Part shown: piece after piece, positions 10,301 through 23,200 of the stretch
How the letters are laid out: each line of letters starts with the position of its first letter
Numbering within the stretch: position 1 is the stretch's first letter
Assembly: GCA_964016885.1 (NCBI GenBank)
Contig: OZ024741.1
Location: 369,272,001-369,336,000 of the forward strand
Direction of reading: 5' to 3'
Source: Eledone cirrhosa
Taxonomy: Eukaryota
Length of the DNA stretch: 64,000 nucleotides
Notes under the pieces: model-generated
Seen by the model: the letters and a program-made list of their open reading frames with translations, nothing else
Told to the model about the DNA's origin: nothing
Databases searched by the model: none
Position numbers and translations under genes: made by a program

Positions 10301-13300
10301 GCCTTAGACATTCTAACCACATATCCATAGTATCAGAGCTGTGATCTCTCAATTCAGAGATTCTTTCCTGAGACGTTCTAACCACATGTCTGTGGTATCA
10401 GAGCTGTGATCTCTCAATTCAGAGATTTTTTCCTGCAACATTGTAACCACATATCATAAATTATCAGAGCTGTGATCTCTCAATTCAGAGATTCTTTCCT
10501 GAGACATTCTAATCCCATATCCATAGTATCAGAGCTGTGTTCTCTCAATCCAGTGATTCTTTCCCGAGCCATTCTAACCACATATCCATAGTATCAGAGC
10601 TGTGATCTCTCAATTCAGAGATTCTTTCCTGAGACATTGTAACCACATGTCATAATACCAGAGCTAGGAACCCTCAATTCAGAGATTCTTTCCTTAGACA
10701 TTCTAACGCCATGTCCATTGTATCAGAGCTGTGATCTCTCAATCCAGTGATTCTTTCCTGAGGCATTCTAACCAGATGTCATAACATCAGAGCTGTGATC
10801 TCTCAATTCTTCAGAGATTCTTTCCTGAGACATTCTACTTACATGCCCATAGTATCGGAGCTGTGATCACTCAATTCAGTGATTCTTTCCTGAGACATTC
10901 TAACCACATGTCTGTAGTTTCAGAGCTGTGATCTCACAATTCAGAGATTCTTTCCTGAGACTTTCTAATTACATATCCATAGTATCAGAACTGTGATTTC
11001 TCAATTCAGAGATTCTTTCCTGAGACATTTGAACTACATGACCATGGAGCTGTGATCTCTCAATTCAGAGATTCTTTCCTGAGCCATTCTAACCACATAT
11101 CCATAGTATCAGAGCTGTGATCTGTCAATTCAGAGATTATTGCCTGAGACATTCTAACCCCATGTCCATAGAATCACAGCTGTGATCTCTCAATCTAGTG
11201 ATTCTTTCCTGAGACATTCTAACTCCATGTCCAAAGTATTGGAGCTGTTATCTCTCAGTTCAGAGATTCTTTCCTGAGACATTCTAACTACATGTCATAG
11301 TATCAGAGCTGTGATCTCTATATTTAGAGATTCTTTCCTGAGATATTCTAACTACATGTCATAGTATCAGAGCAGTGATCTCTATATTTAGAGATTCTTT
11401 CCTGAGATATTCTAACCACATGTCATAGTATCAAAGCTGTGATCTCTCAATTCAGAGATTCTTTTCTGAGACATTCTAACCACATGTCATAATATCAGAG
11501 CTGTGATCTCTCAATTCAGAGATTCTTTCCTGAGACATTCTAACCACATGTCTGTAGTTTCAGAGCTGTGATCTCACAATTCAGAGATTCTTTCCTGAGA
11601 CATTCTAACTCCATGTCCATAGTATCAGAGCTGTGGTTTCTCAATTCAGAGATTATTGCCTGAGACATTCTAACCACATATCCATAGTATCAGAGCTGTG
11701 ATCTCTCAATTCAGAGATTCTTTCCTGAGACGTTCTAACGACATGTCTGTAGTTTCAGAGCTGTGATCTTTCATCAATTCAGAGATTCTTTCCTGCGACA
11801 TTGTAACCACATGTCATAATATCAGAGCTGTGATCTCTCAATTCAGAGATTCTTTGCTGAGGCATTCTAGCCACATGTCTGTAGTATCAGAGCTGTGATC
11901 TCTCAATTCAAAGATTCTTTCCTGAGCCATTCTAACCCCATATCCATAGTATCGGAGCTGTGTTCTCTCAATCCAGTGATTCTTTACCGAGCCATTCTAA
12001 CCACATATCCATAGAATCAGAGCTGTGATCTCTCAATTCAGAGATTCTTTCCTGAGACATTGTAACCACATGTCATAATACCAGAGCTGGGAACCCTCAA
12101 TTCAGAGATTGTTTCCTGAAATATTCTAACCACATGTTTGTAGTATCAGAGCTGTGATCTCACAATTCAGAGATTCTTTCCTGAGACATTGTAATTACAT
12201 GTCCACAGTATCCAAGCTGTGATATCTCAATTCAGAGATTCTTTCCTGAGACATTTGAAATAGATGTCCATAGTATCAGAGCTGTGATCTCTCAAGTCAG
12301 AGATTCGTTCCTTAGACATTCTAACCCCATGTCCATTGTATCAGAGCTGTGATCTCTCAATCCAGTGATTCTTTTCTGAGGCATTCTAACCACATGTCAT
12401 AACATCAGAGCTGTGATCTCTCAATTCTTCAGAGATTCTTTCCTGAGACATTCTACTTACATGCCCATAGTATCGGAGCTGTGATCACTCAATTCAGTGA
12501 TTCTTTCCTGAGACATTCTAACCACATGTCTGTAGTTTCAGAGCTGTGATCTCACAATTCAGAGATTCTTTCCTGAGACATTCTAATTACATGTCCATAG
12601 TATCAGAGCTATGATTTCTCAATTCAGAGATTCTTTCCTGAAACATTTGAACTACATGTCCATGGAGCTGTGATCTCTCAATTCATAGATTCTTCCCTGA
12701 GACATTCTAACCACATGTCATAATATCAGAGCTGTGATCTGTCAATTCAGAGATTATTGCCTGAGACATTCTAACCCCATGTCCATAGAATCGCAGCTGT
12801 GATCTCTCAATCTAGTGATTCTTTCCTGAGACATTCTAACTCCATGTCCAAAGTATTGGAGCTGTTATCTCTCAGTTCAGAGATTCTTTCCTGAGACATT
12901 CTAACTACATGTCATAGTATCAGAGCTGTGATCTCTATATTTAGAGATTCTTTCCTGAGATATTCTAACTACATGTCATAGTATCAGAGCAGTGATCTCT
13001 ATATTTAGAGATTCTTTCCTGAGATATTCTAACCACATGTCATAGTATCAAAGCTGTGATCTCTCAATTCAGAGATTCTTTTCTGAGACATTCTAACCAC
13101 ATGTCATAATATCAGAGCTGTGATCTCTCAATTCAGAGATTCTTTCCTGAGACATTCTAACCACATGTCTGTAGTTTCAGAGCTGTGATCTCACAATTCA
13201 GAGATTCTTTCCTGAGACATTCTAACTCCATGTCCATAGTATCAGAGCTGTGATTTCTCAATTCAGAGATTATTGCCTGAGACATTCTAACCACATATCC

Positions 13301-16300
13301 ATAGTATCAGAGCTGTGATCTCTCAATTCAGAGATTCTTTCCTGAGACGTTCTAACGACATGTCTGTAGTTTCAGAGCTGTGATCTTTCATCAATTCAGA
13401 GATTCTTTCCTGCGACATTGTAACCACATGTCATAATATCAGAGCTGTGATCTCTCAATTCAGAGATTCTTTGCTGAGGCATTCTAGCCACATGTCTGTA
13501 GTATCAGAGCTGTGATCTCTCAATTCAAAGATTCTTTCCTGAGCCATTCTAACCCCATATCCATAGTATCGGAGCTGTGTTCTCTCAATCCAGTGATTCT
13601 TTACCGAGACATTGTAACCACATGTCATAATACCAGAGCTGGGAACCCTCAATTCAGAGATTGTTTCCTGAAATATTCTAACCACATGTTGGTAGTATCA
13701 GAGCTGTGATCTCACAATTCAGAGATTCTTTCCTGAGACATTGTAATTACATGTCCACAGTATCCAAGCTGTGATATCTCAATTCAGAGATTCTTTCCTG
13801 AGACATTTGAAATAGATGTCCCTAGTATCAGAGCTGTGATCTCTCAAGTCAGAGATTCGTTCCTTAGACATTCTAACCCCATGTCCATTGTATCAGAGCT
13901 GTGATCTCTCAATCCAGTGATTCTTTTCTGAGGCATTCTAACCACATGTCATAACATCAGAGCTGTGATCTCTCAATTCTTCAGAGATTCTTTCCTGAGA
14001 CATTCTACTTACATGTCCATAGTATTGGAGCTGTGATCACTCAATTCAGTGATTCTTTCCTGAGACATTCTAACCACATGTCTGTAGTTTCAGAGCTGTG
14101 ATCTCACAATTCAGAGATTCTTTCCTGAGACATTCTAATTACATATACATAGTATCAGAACTGTGATTTCCCAATTCAGAGATTCTTTCCTGAGACATTC
14201 TAACCACATGTCTGTAGTTTCAGAGCTGTGATCTCACAATTCAGAGATTCTTTCCTGAGACATTTGAACTACATGGCCATGGAGCTGTGATCTCTCAATT
14301 CAGAGATTCTTTCCTGAGCCATTCTAACCACATATCCATAGTATCAGAGCTGTGATCTCTCAATTCAGTGATTCTTTCCTGAGACATTGTAACCACACGT
14401 CATAATATCAGAGCTGTGATCTCTCAATTCAGAGATTCTTTCCTGAGACATTCTAACCACAAGTCTGTAGTTTCAGAACTGTGATCTCACAATTCAGAGA
14501 TTCTTTCCTGAGACATTTGAACTACATGCCCATAGTATCAGAGCTGTGATCTCTCAATTCAGAGATTCTTTCCTGAGACATTCTAACTCCATGTCCATAG
14601 TATCCGAGCTGTGATTTCTCAATTCAGAGATTATTGCCTTAGACATTCTAAACACATATCCATAGTATCAGAGCTGAGATCTCTCAATTCAGTGATTCTT
14701 TCCTGAGATATTGTAACCACATGTCATAATATCAGAGCTGTGATCTCTCAATTCAGAGATTCTTTCATGAGACATTCTAACCACATGTCTGTAGTTTCAG
14801 AGCTGTGATCTCACAATTTAGAGATTATTGCCTGAGACATTCTAACTACATGTCATAGTATCAGAGCTGTGATCTCTATATTTAGAGATTCTTTCCTGAG
14901 ATATTCTAACTACATGTCATAGTATCAGAGCAGTGATCTCTATATTTAGAGATTCTTTCCTGAGATATTCTAACCACATGTCATAGTATCAAAGCTGTGA
15001 TCTCTCAATTCAGAGATTCTTTTCTGAGACGTTCTAACCACATGTCATAATATCAGAGCTGTGATCTCTCAATTCAGAGATTCTTTCCTGAGACATTCTA
15101 ACCACATGTCTGTAGTTTCAGAGCTGTGATCTCTCAATTCAGAGATTCTTTCCTGAGACATTGTAACCACATGTCATAATACCAGACCTGGGAACCCTCA
15201 ATTCAGAGATTGTTTCCTGAAATATTCTAACCACATGTCTGTAGTATCAGAGCTGAGATCTCTCAATTCAAAGATTCTTTCCTGAGCCATTCTAACCACA
15301 TATCCATAGTATCAGAGCTGTGTTCTGTCAATCCAGTGATTCTTTACCGAGCCATTCTAACCACATATCCATAGTATCAGAGCTGTGATCTCTCAATTCA
15401 GAGATTCTTTCCTGAGACATTGTAACCACATGTCATAATACCAGAGCTGGGAACCCTCAATTCAGAGATTGTTTCCTGAAATATTCTAACCACATGTTTG
15501 TAGTATCAGAGCTGTGATCTCACAATTCAGAGATTCTTTCCTGAGACATTGTAATTACATGTCCATAGTATCCAAGCTGTGATATCTCAATTCAGAGATT
15601 CTTTCCTGAGACATTTGAAATACATGTCCATAGTATCAGAGCTGTGATCTCTCAATTCAGAGATTCGTTCCTTAGACATTCTAAACCCATGTCCATTGTA
15701 TCAGAGCTGTGATCTCTCAATCCAGTGATTCTTTTCTGAGGCATTCTAACCACATGTCATAACATCAGAGCTGTGATCTCTCAATTCTTCAGAGCTTCTT
15801 TCCTGAGACATTCTACTTACATGTCCATAGTATTGGAGCTGTGATCACTCAATTCAGTGATTCTTTCCTGAAACATTCTAACCACATGTCTGTAGTTTCA
15901 GAGCTGTGATCTCACAATTCAGAGATTCTTTCCTGAGACATTCTAATTACATATACATAGTATCAGAACTGTGATTTCTCAATTCAGAGATTCTTTCCTG
16001 AGACATTCTAACCACATGTCTGTAGTTTCAGAGCTGTGATCTCACAATTCAGAGATTCTTTCCTGAGACATTTGAACTACATGGCATGGAGCTGTGATCT
16101 CTCAATTCAGAGATTCTTTCCTGAGCCATTCTAACCACATATCCATAGTATCAGAGCTGTGATCTCTCAATTCAGTGATTCTTTCCTGAGACGTAGTAAC
16201 CACACGTCATAATATCAGAGCTGTGATCTCTCAATTCAGAGATTCTTTCCTGAGACATTCTAACCACAAGTCTGTAGTTTCAGAACTGTGATCTCACAAT

Positions 16301-19300
16301 TCAGAGATTCTTTCCTGAGACATTCTAACCACATGTCTGTAGTTTCAGAGCTGTGATCTCACAATTCAGAGATTCTTTCCTGAGACATTTGAACTACATG
16401 TCCATAGTATCAGAGCTGTGATCTCTCAATTCAGAGATTCTTTCCTGAGACATTCTAACTCCATGTCCATAGTATCAGAGCTGTAGATTTCTCAATTCAG
16501 AGATTATTGCCTTAGACATTCTAACCACATATCCATAGAATCAGAGCTGTGATCTCTCAATTCAGAGATTCTTTCCTGAGATGTTCTAACCACATGTCTG
16601 TAGTTTCAGAGCTGTGATCTCTCAATTCAGAGATTCTTTCCTGCGACATTGTAACCACATGTCATAATATCAGAGCTGTGATCTCTCAATTCAGAGATTC
16701 TTTGCTGAGACATTCTAACCACATGTCTGTAGTATCAGAGCTGTGATCTCTCAATTCAAAGATTCTTTCCTGAGCCATTCTAACCACATATCATAAATTA
16801 TCAGAGCTATGATCTCTCAATTCAGAGATTCTTTCCTGAGACATTCTAATCCCATATCCATAGTATCAGAGCTGTGTTCTCTCAATCCAGTGATTCTTTC
16901 CCGAGCCATTCTAACCACATATCCATAGTATCAGAGCTGTGATCTCTCAATTCAGAGATTCTTTCCTGAGCCATTCTAACCACATATCCATAGTATCAGA
17001 GCTGTGATCTCTCAATTCAGAGATTCTTTCCTGAGACATTGTAACCACATGTCATAATACCAGAGCTAGGAACCCTCAATTCAGAGATTCTTTCCTTAGA
17101 CATTCTAACCCCATGTCCATTGTATCAGAGCTGTGATCTCTCAATCCAGTGATTCTTTCCTGAGGCATTCTAACCACATGTCATAACATCAGAGCTGTGA
17201 TCTCTCAATTCTTCAGAGATTCTTTCCAGAGACATTCTACTTACATGCCCATAGTATCGGAGCAGTGATTCTTTCCTGAGACATTCTAACCACATGTCTG
17301 TAGTTTCAGAGCTGTGATCTCACAATTAAGAGATTCTTTCCTGAGACATTCTAATTACATGTCCATAGTATCAGAGCTATGATTTCTCAATTCAGAGATT
17401 CTTTCCTGAGACATTTGAACTACATGTCCATGGAGCTGTGATCTCTCAATTCAGAGATTCTTCCCTGAGACATTCTAACCACATGTCATAATATCAGAGC
17501 TGTGATCTGTCAATTCAGAGATTATTGCCTGAGACATTCTAACCCCATGTCCATAGAATCACAGCTGTGATCTCTCAATCTAGTGATTCTTTCCTGAGAC
17601 ATTCTAACTCCATGTCCAAAGTATTGGAGCTGTGATCTCTCAGTTCAGAGATTCTTTCCTGAGACATTCTAACTACATGTCATAGCATCAGAGCTGTGAT
17701 CTCTATATTTAGAGATTCTTTCCTGAGATATTCTAACTACATGTCATAGTATCAGAGCAGTGATCTCTATATTTAGAGATTCTTTCCTGAGATATTCTAA
17801 CCACATGTCATAGTATCAAAGCTGTGATCTCTCAATTCAGAGATTCTTTTCTGAGACATTCTAACCACATGTCATACTATTAGAGCTGTGATCTCTCAAT
17901 TCAGAGATTCTTTCCTGAGACATTCTAGCCCCATATCAATAGTATCAGATCTGTATTCTCTCAATCCAATTATTCTTTCCTGAGCCATTCTAACCACATA
18001 TCCATAGTATCAGAGCTGTGATCTCTCAATTCAGACATTCTTTCCTGAGATATTCTAACAACATGTCTGTAGTATCAGAGCTGTGATCTCTCAATTCAGA
18101 GATTCTTTCCTGAGATATTCTAACAACATGTCTGTAGTGTCAGAGCTGTGATCTCTCAATTCAGAGATTCTTTCCTGAGATATTCTAACAACATGTCTGT
18201 AGTATCAGAGCTGTGATCTCTCAATTCAGAGATTCTTTCCTGAGACATTCTAACCACGTCATAATACCAGTGCTTTGATCTCTCAATTCAGAGATTCTTC
18301 CCTGAGATTTTCTAACCACATGTCTGTAGTATAAGAGCTGTGATCTCTAAATTCAGAGATTCTTTCCTGAGCCATTCTAACCACATATCCATAATATCAG
18401 AGCTGTGATCTCTCAATTCAAAGATTCTTTCCTGAGCCATTCTAACCACATATCCATATTATTAGAGCTCTGATCTCTCAATTCAGACATTCTTTCCTGA
18501 GACATTCTAACACCATATCCATATTATCAGAGCTGTGTTCTCTCAATCCAGTGATTCTTTCCCAAGCCATTCTAACCACATATCCATAGTATCAGAGCTG
18601 TGATCTCTCAATTCAGAGATTCTTTCCTGAGACATTGTAACCACATGTCATAATACCAGAGCTGGGAATCCTCAATTCAGAGATTCTTTCCTGAAATATT
18701 CTAACCACATGTCTGTAGTATCAGAGCTGTGATCTCACAATTCAGAGATTCTTTCCTGGGACATTGTAATTACATGTCCATAGTATCGGAGCTGTGATAT
18801 CTCAATTCAGAGATTCTTTCCTGAGACATTTGAACTACATGTCCATAGTATCAGAGCTGTGATCTCTCAATTCAGAGATTCGTTCCTTAGACATTCTAAC
18901 CCCATGTCCATTGTATCAGAGCTGTGATCTCTCAATCCAGTGACTCTTTCCGGAGGCATTCTAACCACATGTCATAACATCAGAGCTGTGATCTCTCAAT
19001 TCTTCAGAGATTCTTTCCTGAGACATTCTACTTACATGTCCATAGTATCGGAGCTGTGATCACTCAATTCAATGAATCTTTCCTGAGACATTCTAACCAC
19101 ATGTCTATAGTTCAGAGCTGTGATCTCACAATTCAGAGATTCTTTCCTGAGACATTCTAATTACATGTCCATAGTATCAGAGCTATGATTTCTCAATTCA
19201 GAGATTCTTTCCTGAGACATTTGAACTACATGTCCATGGAGATGTGATCTCTCAATTCAGAGATTCTTCCCTGAGACAATCTAACCACATGTCATAATAT

Positions 19301-19490
19301 CAGAGCTGTGATCTGTCAATTCAGAGATTATTGCCTGAGACATTCTAACTCCATGTCCATAGAATCACGGCTGTGATCTCTCAATCTAGTGATTCTTTCC
19401 TGAGACATTCTAACTCCATGTCCAAAATATTGGAGCTATGATCTCTCAGTTCAGAGATTCTTTCCCGAGACATTCTAACTACATGTTATA

Positions 19491-20221
19491 GTATCAGAGC
19501 TGTGATCTCTATATTTAGAGATTCTTTCCTGAGATATTCTACTTACATGTCCATACTATTAGAGCTGTGATCTCGGGGTCACCACTTTAGCAGTATTAGT
19601 TGTAGAGTAGTCGCCACTTTAGTAGGGTGGTAGAATCAGTGGTCGTTAGTTGCCAGTGTGGTAAGTGATAGTATCCTCGTTGGATTATCTTGTTGCCATA
19701 GACGTGAGGGAAGGTCCCTCGATCTATTTACCATCTATTTACAATATTCCTTTCGTCAGGTCGGCAATTCCAGCAGCATGGATTAAAGATGTCATTGAGA
19801 CACGAGTAACATAACAACGACTTCAACCGCAGTAATTAGAGATGAAATGTTTGTTTATTTATATGGTTGAAGTTACAGATAAAAAGTGGTTACAAAATGG
19901 AATGTGCCATTGCGCCGTTAAGCTGGCGAGGCTAGTGGTGCAGTATCTCACTGTTACATTATGCGTGTTGCTGGCTCGAAGTTTCTGGTACAAGCTAGAG
20001 ATTCTTCAAATCTTCGCGGGGAATTTCTTCCTCAGGGTGCGTAGGGATACATCCTCTTCTACTGGCGCTGATTGGCTGAACTGAGCCAAATCACGCACAG
20101 AGAATGTATGTGAGCCCGCGGAATGTAGGTCACTACAGTATCAGAGCTGTGATCTCTATATTTAGAGATTCTTTCCTGAGATATTCTACTTACATGTCCA
20201 TACTATTAGAGCTGTGATCTC
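19491..20221. repeat. 84-bp direct duplication flanking the solo LTR (19491-19574 and 20138-20221)
   Basis: The variant-specific string GTATCAGAGCTGTGATCTCTATATTTAG...CTACTTACATGTCCATACTATTAGAGCTGTGATCTC occurs on both sides; single copy at the empty site 54461-54544. Confidence 0.85.
19575..20137 (-). mobile_element. Truncated solo LTR inside the satellite, derived from the element at 42479-45166
   Basis: Near-identical to 42479-43040 and 44605-45166, with the same left and right satellite junctions; begins TGTAGTGACC on the minus strand. Confidence 0.93.
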
Positions 20222-23200
20222 TCAATTCAGAGATTCTTTCCTGAGACATTCTAACCCCATATCCATAGTATCAAATCTGTGTTCTCTCAATCCAGTGATT
20301 CTTTCCCGAGCCATTCTAACCACATATCCATAGTATCAGAGCTGTGATCTCTCAATTCAGACATTCTTTCCTGAGAGATTCTAACCACATGTCATAATAC
20401 CAGAGCTGTGAACCCTCAATTCAGAGATTCTTTCCTGAAATATTCTAACCACAGTTTCAGAGCTGTGATCTCACTATTCAGAGATTCTTTCCTGAGATAT
20501 TCTAACATCATGTCTGTAGTATCAGAGCTGTGATCTCTCAATTCAGAGATTCTTTCCTGAGATATTCTAACAACATGTCTGTATTATCAGAGCTGTGATC
20601 TCTCAATTCAGAGATTCTTTGCTGAGATATTCTAACAACATGTCTGTAGTATCAGAGCTGTGATCTCTCAATTCAGAGATTCTTTCCTGGGACATTTTAA
20701 CCACGTCATAATACCAGTGCTTTGATCTCTCAATTCAGAGATTCTTTGTTGAGATTTTCTAACCACATGTCTGTAGTATCAGAGCTGTGATCTCTCAATT
20801 CAAAGATTCTTTCCTGAGCCATTCTAACCACATATCATAAATTATCAGAGCTGTGATCTCTCAATTCAGAGATTCTTTCCTGAGACATTCTAACCCCATA
20901 TCCATAGTATCAGAGCTGTGTTCTCTCAATCCAGTGATTATTTCCCAAGTCATTCTAACCACATGTCATAATACCAGAGCTAGGAACCCTCAATTCAGAG
21001 ATTCTTTCCTTAGACATTCTAACACCATGTCCATTGTATCAGAGCTGTGATCTCTCAATCCAGTGATTCTTTCCTGAGGCATTCTAACCACATGTCATAA
21101 CATCAGAGCTGTGATCTCTCAATTCTTCAGAGATTCTTTCCTGAGACATTCTACTTACATGTCCATAGTATTGGAGCTGTGATCACTCAATTCAGTGATT
21201 CTTTCCTGAGACAATCTAACCACATGTCTGTAGTTTCAGAGCTGTGATCTCACGATTCATAGATTCGTTCCTGAGACATTCTAATTACATATCCATAGTA
21301 TCAGAACTGTGATTTCTCAATTCAGAGATTCTTTCCTGAGACATTTGAACTACATGTCCATGGAGCTGTGATCTCTCAATTCAGAGATTCTTTCCTGAGC
21401 CATTCTAACCACATATCCATAGTATCAGAGCTGTGATCTCTCAATTCAGTGATTCTTTCCTGAGACATTCTAACCACATGTCTGTAGTTTCAGAACTGTG
21501 ATCTCACAATTCAGAGATTCTTTCCTGAGACATTCTAACCACATGTCTGTAGTTTCAGAGCTGTGACCTCACAATTCAGAGATTCTTTCCTGAGACATTT
21601 GAACTACATGTCCATAGTATCAGAGCTGTGATCTCTCAATTCAGAGATTCTTTCCTGAGACATTCTAACCACATATCCATAGTATCAGAGCTGTGATCTC
21701 TCAATTCAGAGATTCTTTCCTGAGACGTTCTAACCACATGTCTGTAGTTTCAGAGCTGTGATCTCTCAATTCAGAGAATCTTTCCTGCGACATTGTAACC
21801 ACATGTCATAATATCAGAGCTGTGATCTCTCAATTCAGAGATTCATTGCTGAGACATTCTAAACCCATGTCCATAGTATCGGAGCTGTGATCTCTCAATT
21901 CAGAGATTCTTTCCTGAGCCATTCTAACCACATGTCATAATATCAGAGCTGTGATCTCTCAATTCAGAGATTCTTTCCTGAGACATTCTAACCACATATC
22001 CATAGTATCAGAGCTGTGATCTCTCAATTCAGAGATTCTTTCCTGAGCCATTCTAACCACATATCCATAGTATCAGAGCTGTGATCTCTCAATTCAGAGA
22101 TTCTTTCCTGAGACATTGTAACCACATGTCATAATACCAGAGCTAGGAACTCTCAATTCAGAGATTCTTTCCTTAGACATTCTAACCCCATGTCCATTGT
22201 ATCAGAGCTGTGATCTCTTAATCCAGTGATTCTTTCCTGAGGCATTCTAACCACATGTCATAACATCAGAGCTGTGATCTCTCAATTCTTCAGAGATTCT
22301 TTCCTGAGACATTCTACTTACATGCCCATATTATCGGAGCTGTGATCACTCAAATCAGTGATTCTTTCCTGAGACATTCTAACCACATGTCTGTAGTTTC
22401 AGAGCTGTGATCTCACAATTCAGAGATTCTTTCCTGAGACATTCTAATTACATGTCCATAGTATCAGAGCTATGATTTCTCAATTCAGAGATTCTTTCCT
22501 GAGACATTTGAACTACATGTCCATGGAGCTGTGATCTCTCAATTCAGAGATTCTTCCCTGAGACATTCTAATCACATGTCATAATATCAGAGCTGTGATC
22601 TGTCAATTCAGAGATTATTGCCTGAGACATTCTAATCCCATGTCCATAGAATCACAGCTGTGATCTCTCAATCTAGTGATTCTTTCCTGAGACATTCTAA
22701 ATCCATGTCCAAAGTATTGGAGCTGTGATCTCTCAGTTCAGAGATTCTTTCCTGAGACATTCTAACTACATGTCATAGTATCAGAGCTGTGATCTCTATA
22801 TTTAGAGATTCTTTCCTGAGATATTCTAACTACATGTCACAGTATCAGAGCCGTGATCTCTATATTTAGAGATTCTTTCCTGAGATATTCTAACCACATG
22901 TCATAGTATCAAAGCTGTGATCTCTCAATTCAGAGATTCTTTCCTGAGACATTGTAACCCCATATCCATAGTATCAGAGCTGCGTTCTCTCAATCCAGTG
23001 ATTCTTTCCCGAGCCATTCTAACCACATATCCATAGTATCAGGGCTGTGATCTCTCAATTCAGACATTCTTTCCTGAGACATTCTAACCACATGTCTGTA
23101 GTATCAGAGCTGTGAACCGTCAATTCAGAGATTCTTTCCTGAAATATTCTAACCACATGTCTGTAGTATCAGAGCTGTGATCTCACAATTCAGGGATTCT

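Noticed and set aside
19842-20084. 80-aa ORF repeated at 42802 and 44871
   Set aside because: Lies antisense within the LTR, is frameshifted in one copy and has no recognisable motif; the repetition just reflects LTR copies.
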